Assembly (NCBI GenBank): GCA_028749215.1
Contig: JAQUOA010000001.1
Coordinates: forward strand, 7,379 to 71,378
Length of the DNA: 64,000 nucleotides
Direction of reading: 5' to 3'
From: Bacteroidota bacterium
Lineage (GTDB): Bacteria; Bacteroidota; Ignavibacteria; UBA10030; UBA8401
Under the pieces are notes generated by a model. That model saw only the letters and a list, made by a program, of their open reading frames with translations, did not search any database and was not told the DNA's origin. This document shows, piece by piece, positions 61,441-64,000 of the stretch. How positions within the stretch are numbered: position 1 is the first letter of the stretch; each line of letters starts with the position of its first letter. The position numbers and the translations under genes are program-made.

Positions 61441-62511
61441 TTACTTCCAAAAAGATGTTAGATCGAAATTAGATAATTGTTGTGTTCTTTTTAATAGCTT
61501 TCTTGATTCTACACTGTCAGCCAACCGTTTTGTTTGAAGTCCGACCTCTAAAGGAAAAATACAATCAAGGCCAATTGTTACAAGGGAATCCTTTTTCTCA
61601 ATCCTGAATTTTACTCCGTAACTTCGTTGAGTCCAATAATGCTGCGGTTGAAAAAAAACAAAATTTCCCAGCGATTGGACGATCACACCATTTCCTTTTT
61701 TCTCAATCCCATACGTTACATGGGGATGATGTCCGAGAAAAATATTTGCTCCGTGAGCGATACACCATTCCGCGAAATCTTTTTCTCTGTTCCTTGGATG
61801 ATCAGTATATTCAACTCCGCCGTGATAACTGACGATAATAATATCTGCTTCCCCCTTTGCTTTAGACATCTTATAAAGCAACTTTCCCGTATCAACGTAG
61901 GCTATCGTCTCTTTCCAATTCTTAGGACTAAAATTGACGAACGATGTTACACTAAAGATAGCAAATTTTATGTTGTTTTTCTCGATTATAACCGGATCAA
62001 ATAATTTTCCTTTCTGCAATGATGTACCAACATGAAAGATTCCTTGCTGATCAAGATGTTCAAGAGTTTGAGCAAGGGCTTTCTTTTCATAATCCAAGGC
62101 ATGATTGTTGGCAGTTGAAACAATTGTAATACCTGAATTCTTTAGCGTCACTGCGCCTTGCGGTGGTCCGGTAAAAATTAAATTGTTTTTAGAACTTACT
62201 GTCTCACCATTTTGATCAGAAATTTGACTTTCAAGATTCGCAAAAATAATATCTGCGGAATCCTCATGGAGATTAATTTTTTCAAACGGATAATTGATTT
62301 CCCCTGCCAAAATATGTTGTCCTACCTTACGTCCAAGATTTATATCTCCAAAAGCCAGAAATGTTACTTGTGAAATGTTCGACGCTTTTATCCCATTTTC
62401 ATCAGCTTTGGGTTGTTGTGTCCGTAGTTTGAATCGCAGGAGAATTTCGAGGAAAATAAGAAGTGTAACAACGATAATAAGTCTAATTGCTTTTTTTTGT
62501 GCTTCGGTCAA
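61441..62511 (-). CDS. CapA/PgsA-family metallophosphatase (poly-gamma-glutamate capsule synthesis-like)
   Basis: The 356-aa ORF has an N-terminal TM anchor and CapA motifs (FGDINLGR; ANNH; SYHGGVEY; GHHPH). Confidence 0.8.
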   Translation of the reverse strand: MTEAQKKAIRLIIVVTLLIFLEILLRFKLRTQQPKADENGIKASNISQVTFLAFGDINLGRKVGQHILAGEINYPFEKINLHEDSADIIFANLESQISDQNGETVSSKNNLIFTGPPQGAVTLKNSGITIVSTANNHALDYEKKALAQTLEHLDQQGIFHVGTSLQKGKLFDPVIIEKNNIKFAIFSVTSFVNFSPKNWKETIAYVDTGKLLYKMSKAKGEADIIIVSYHGGVEYTDHPRNREKDFAEWCIAHGANIFLGHHPHVTYGIEKKGNGVIVQSLGNFVFFQPQHYWTQRSYGVKFRIEKKDSLVTIGLDCIFPLEVGLQTKRLADSVESRKLLKRTQQLSNFDLTSFWK

Positions 62512-62523
62512 CTCATCACCCGG

Positions 62524-63141
62524 TTAACTTCGTATAGTAAAAAATAAATAAATGGCAACGCCCGAAGCAATGGTAACAATGGCAGGTTCCAACAATGAAT
62601 CAAAAAAAGATAACGCAGGTTTGGTATACGAAGTCAGCGGAAACGAATCCGAATGTAATTGGTCAACGGAACTATAACCCACCGTATCGATAGTCGATTT
62701 CGTGACCAAGCCGGCCCAAATAATTTTTCCCGTTGAAGATGAAGAGATCACCGCATTACATTTTACGGTAGCAATCCGTTCAACCTTCCGTGCACCAAAT
62801 AATGATTCTGAAAATATAGCTCCGTAAAAAACTGACGACGCTCGAATAGTAAGTTCGAGAGTCGTATCAGTTGTCGATTGCTTTTCGAAGACTAAAATCT
62901 TCTTTGCAAATAATGCTTGAAGGATAGCCGAGCGAAAGATTATTGTTTCTGGATGCTCTGCCAATTTCAATTGAAGCGAAGTTGCTGCACCAATTGATCC
63001 AACGGAAATAACTTCCTGCGTTAGAGAATCAGAAAGCTGAAATAATATTTCTCTCTCTGTAGCAGACCCTTCTTTCTCGCCGGCAAAACACGCCAAAGAA
63101 AAAATCACCATCAAGATAATGTTCAGCCGGTGTATCTTCAT
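62524..63141 (-). CDS. Hypothetical lipoprotein (205 aa) with a C-terminal hydrophobic helix
   Basis: A lipobox-like signal (MVIFSLAC) is followed by a Ser/Thr-rich body and a terminal TM-like segment (AIVTIASGVAIYLFFTI). I do not recognise the family. Confidence 0.5.
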   Translation of the reverse strand: MKIHRLNIILMVIFSLACFAGEKEGSATEREILFQLSDSLTQEVISVGSIGAATSLQLKLAEHPETIIFRSAILQALFAKKILVFEKQSTTDTTLELTIRASSVFYGAIFSESLFGARKVERIATVKCNAVISSSSTGKIIWAGLVTKSTIDTVGYSSVDQLHSDSFPLTSYTKPALSFFDSLLEPAIVTIASGVAIYLFFTIRS

Positions 63142-64000
63142 TACGCGTAAATTCCGCGGATCTTCAAAGTTTTTGCAACTCTGTCAATTGAATTGATATA
63201 CGCCCCAATTCGCAATGACACAGTATGTTTTTTTGAAGTGGCATACACACCGTCAAAAGCGGCTTTCATCATACGTTCCAAACGACGGTTAACACGATCG
63301 ATTGACCAATAGTAACCGACGCGATTTTGAACCCATTCAAAGTACGATACTGTCACGCCTCCAGCATTTGCAAGAATATCCGGGATGACGATGATGCCGC
63401 GTTCGTTCAAAATGGGATCGGCATTTGCGGTGGTTGGCCCGTTAGCGCCTTCAGCAATAATTTTAGCCGTAATTTTGTTTGCATTTTTTGGGGTGATTTG
63501 ATCTTCTTTTGCTGCAGGTACAAGTACATCGCAATCAAGTTCCAGAAATTCTGATTGTGTAACTTTCTCTGCGCCTGTAAATCCAGTCAACGTTTTATTT
63601 TGTTTTACATATTCAATTGCTTTGTCAACATCAACACCGCGTTTGTTATAATATCCGCCGGTAACATCGCTGATGCCGATAATTTTGCAACCCTGTTCAC
63701 GCAAAAGTTGTGCTGAAACTGAACCTACGTTGCCGAAACCCTGGACAACAATCGCTGTGTCTTTTGGTTTTAATCCGATCTTTTCCATCGCACCCAGAGT
63801 TACAATCATTACACCGCGTCCTGTCGCTTCGCGACGTCCAAGTGAACCGCCGATGAGCAATGGTTTTCCTGTCACAACTCCTCCGATGGTCCTGCGCATG
63901 TGCATACTGTACGTGTCCATAATCCACGCCATGGTTTGCTCATTGGTGTTCATGTCCGGCGCAGGAATATCTTTGTCATCGCCAAATACATCCATCATAT
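63141..64000 (-). CDS. Glu/Leu/Phe/Val-family (glutamate) dehydrogenase, C-terminal two-thirds. The N-terminus lies beyond the window end.
   Basis: The catalytic region GGSLGRREATGRG and the Rossmann motif GFGNVGS are present. The reading frame is open to coordinate 64000. Confidence 0.9.
   Translation of the reverse strand, partial: MMDVFGDDKDIPAPDMNTNEQTMAWIMDTYSMHMRRTIGGVVTGKPLLIGGSLGRREATGRGVMIVTLGAMEKIGLKPKDTAIVVQGFGNVGSVSAQLLREQGCKIIGISDVTGGYYNKRGVDVDKAIEYVKQNKTLTGFTGAEKVTQSEFLELDCDVLVPAAKEDQITPKNANKITAKIIAEGANGPTTANADPILNERGIIVIPDILANAGGVTVSYFEWVQNRVGYYWSIDRVNRRLERMMKAAFDGVYATSKKHTVSLRIGAYINSIDRVAKTLKIRGIYA

Overview
This 64 kb window is a densely packed chromosomal core region, about 92% coding and mostly on the minus strand. 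It most likely comes from an FCB-group bacterium (Bacteroidota/Ignavibacteriota-like). The evidence is two proteins ending in canonical type IX secretion (T9SS) C-terminal sorting domains, System I cytochrome c maturation genes, a type III glutamine synthetase and a Bacteroidetes-style ctaA-ctaB-DUF420 cluster. I saw no transposase, integrase, CRISPR array, rRNA or recognisable defence island.

Reading along the minus strand from high to low coordinates, the content is:
- a partial glutamate dehydrogenase gene;
- a tightly overlapping gene string: lipoprotein, CapA, BamD, thioesterase, FG-GAP protein, T9SS metallopeptidase, ccmABC(D)EF;
- xseA-xseB-dxs-oxidoreductase;
- ribD-ribE, a PASTA protein, rpe, nagA;
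- lrp-glnN;
- apt-tnaA;
- a small-protein trio (zinc-ribbon membrane protein, a 98-aa protein, a hemerythrin-like protein);
- glcD/glcF-like oxidase;
- a giant T9SS cargo protein and a TonB-dependent receptor, then tRNA-Leu;
- a 1164-aa outer-membrane protein;
- the classic rimP-nusA-infB-rbfA-truB-ribF-rpsO-pnp block.

Plus-strand islands carry tyrosine phenol-lyase, a tdk-nupC-PNP nucleoside-salvage operon, a TolB-like/SDR/M28-PDZ peptidase trio and a BshB-like deacetylase. Two tRNAs (Leu-CAA, Lys-CTT) and several clear rho-independent terminators are visible.

I did not find a clearly novel multi-gene system. The most notable observations are that both beta-eliminating lyases (tyrosine phenol-lyase and tryptophanase) are present, an unusual apt-tnaA coupled pair, a T9SS metallopeptidase translationally coupled to ccmA inside a roughly 12.5 kb gapless gene string, and several conserved hypotheticals (295 aa, 1164 aa, 205 aa). 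All functional calls rest on motif and family recognition by eye, not on database searches.
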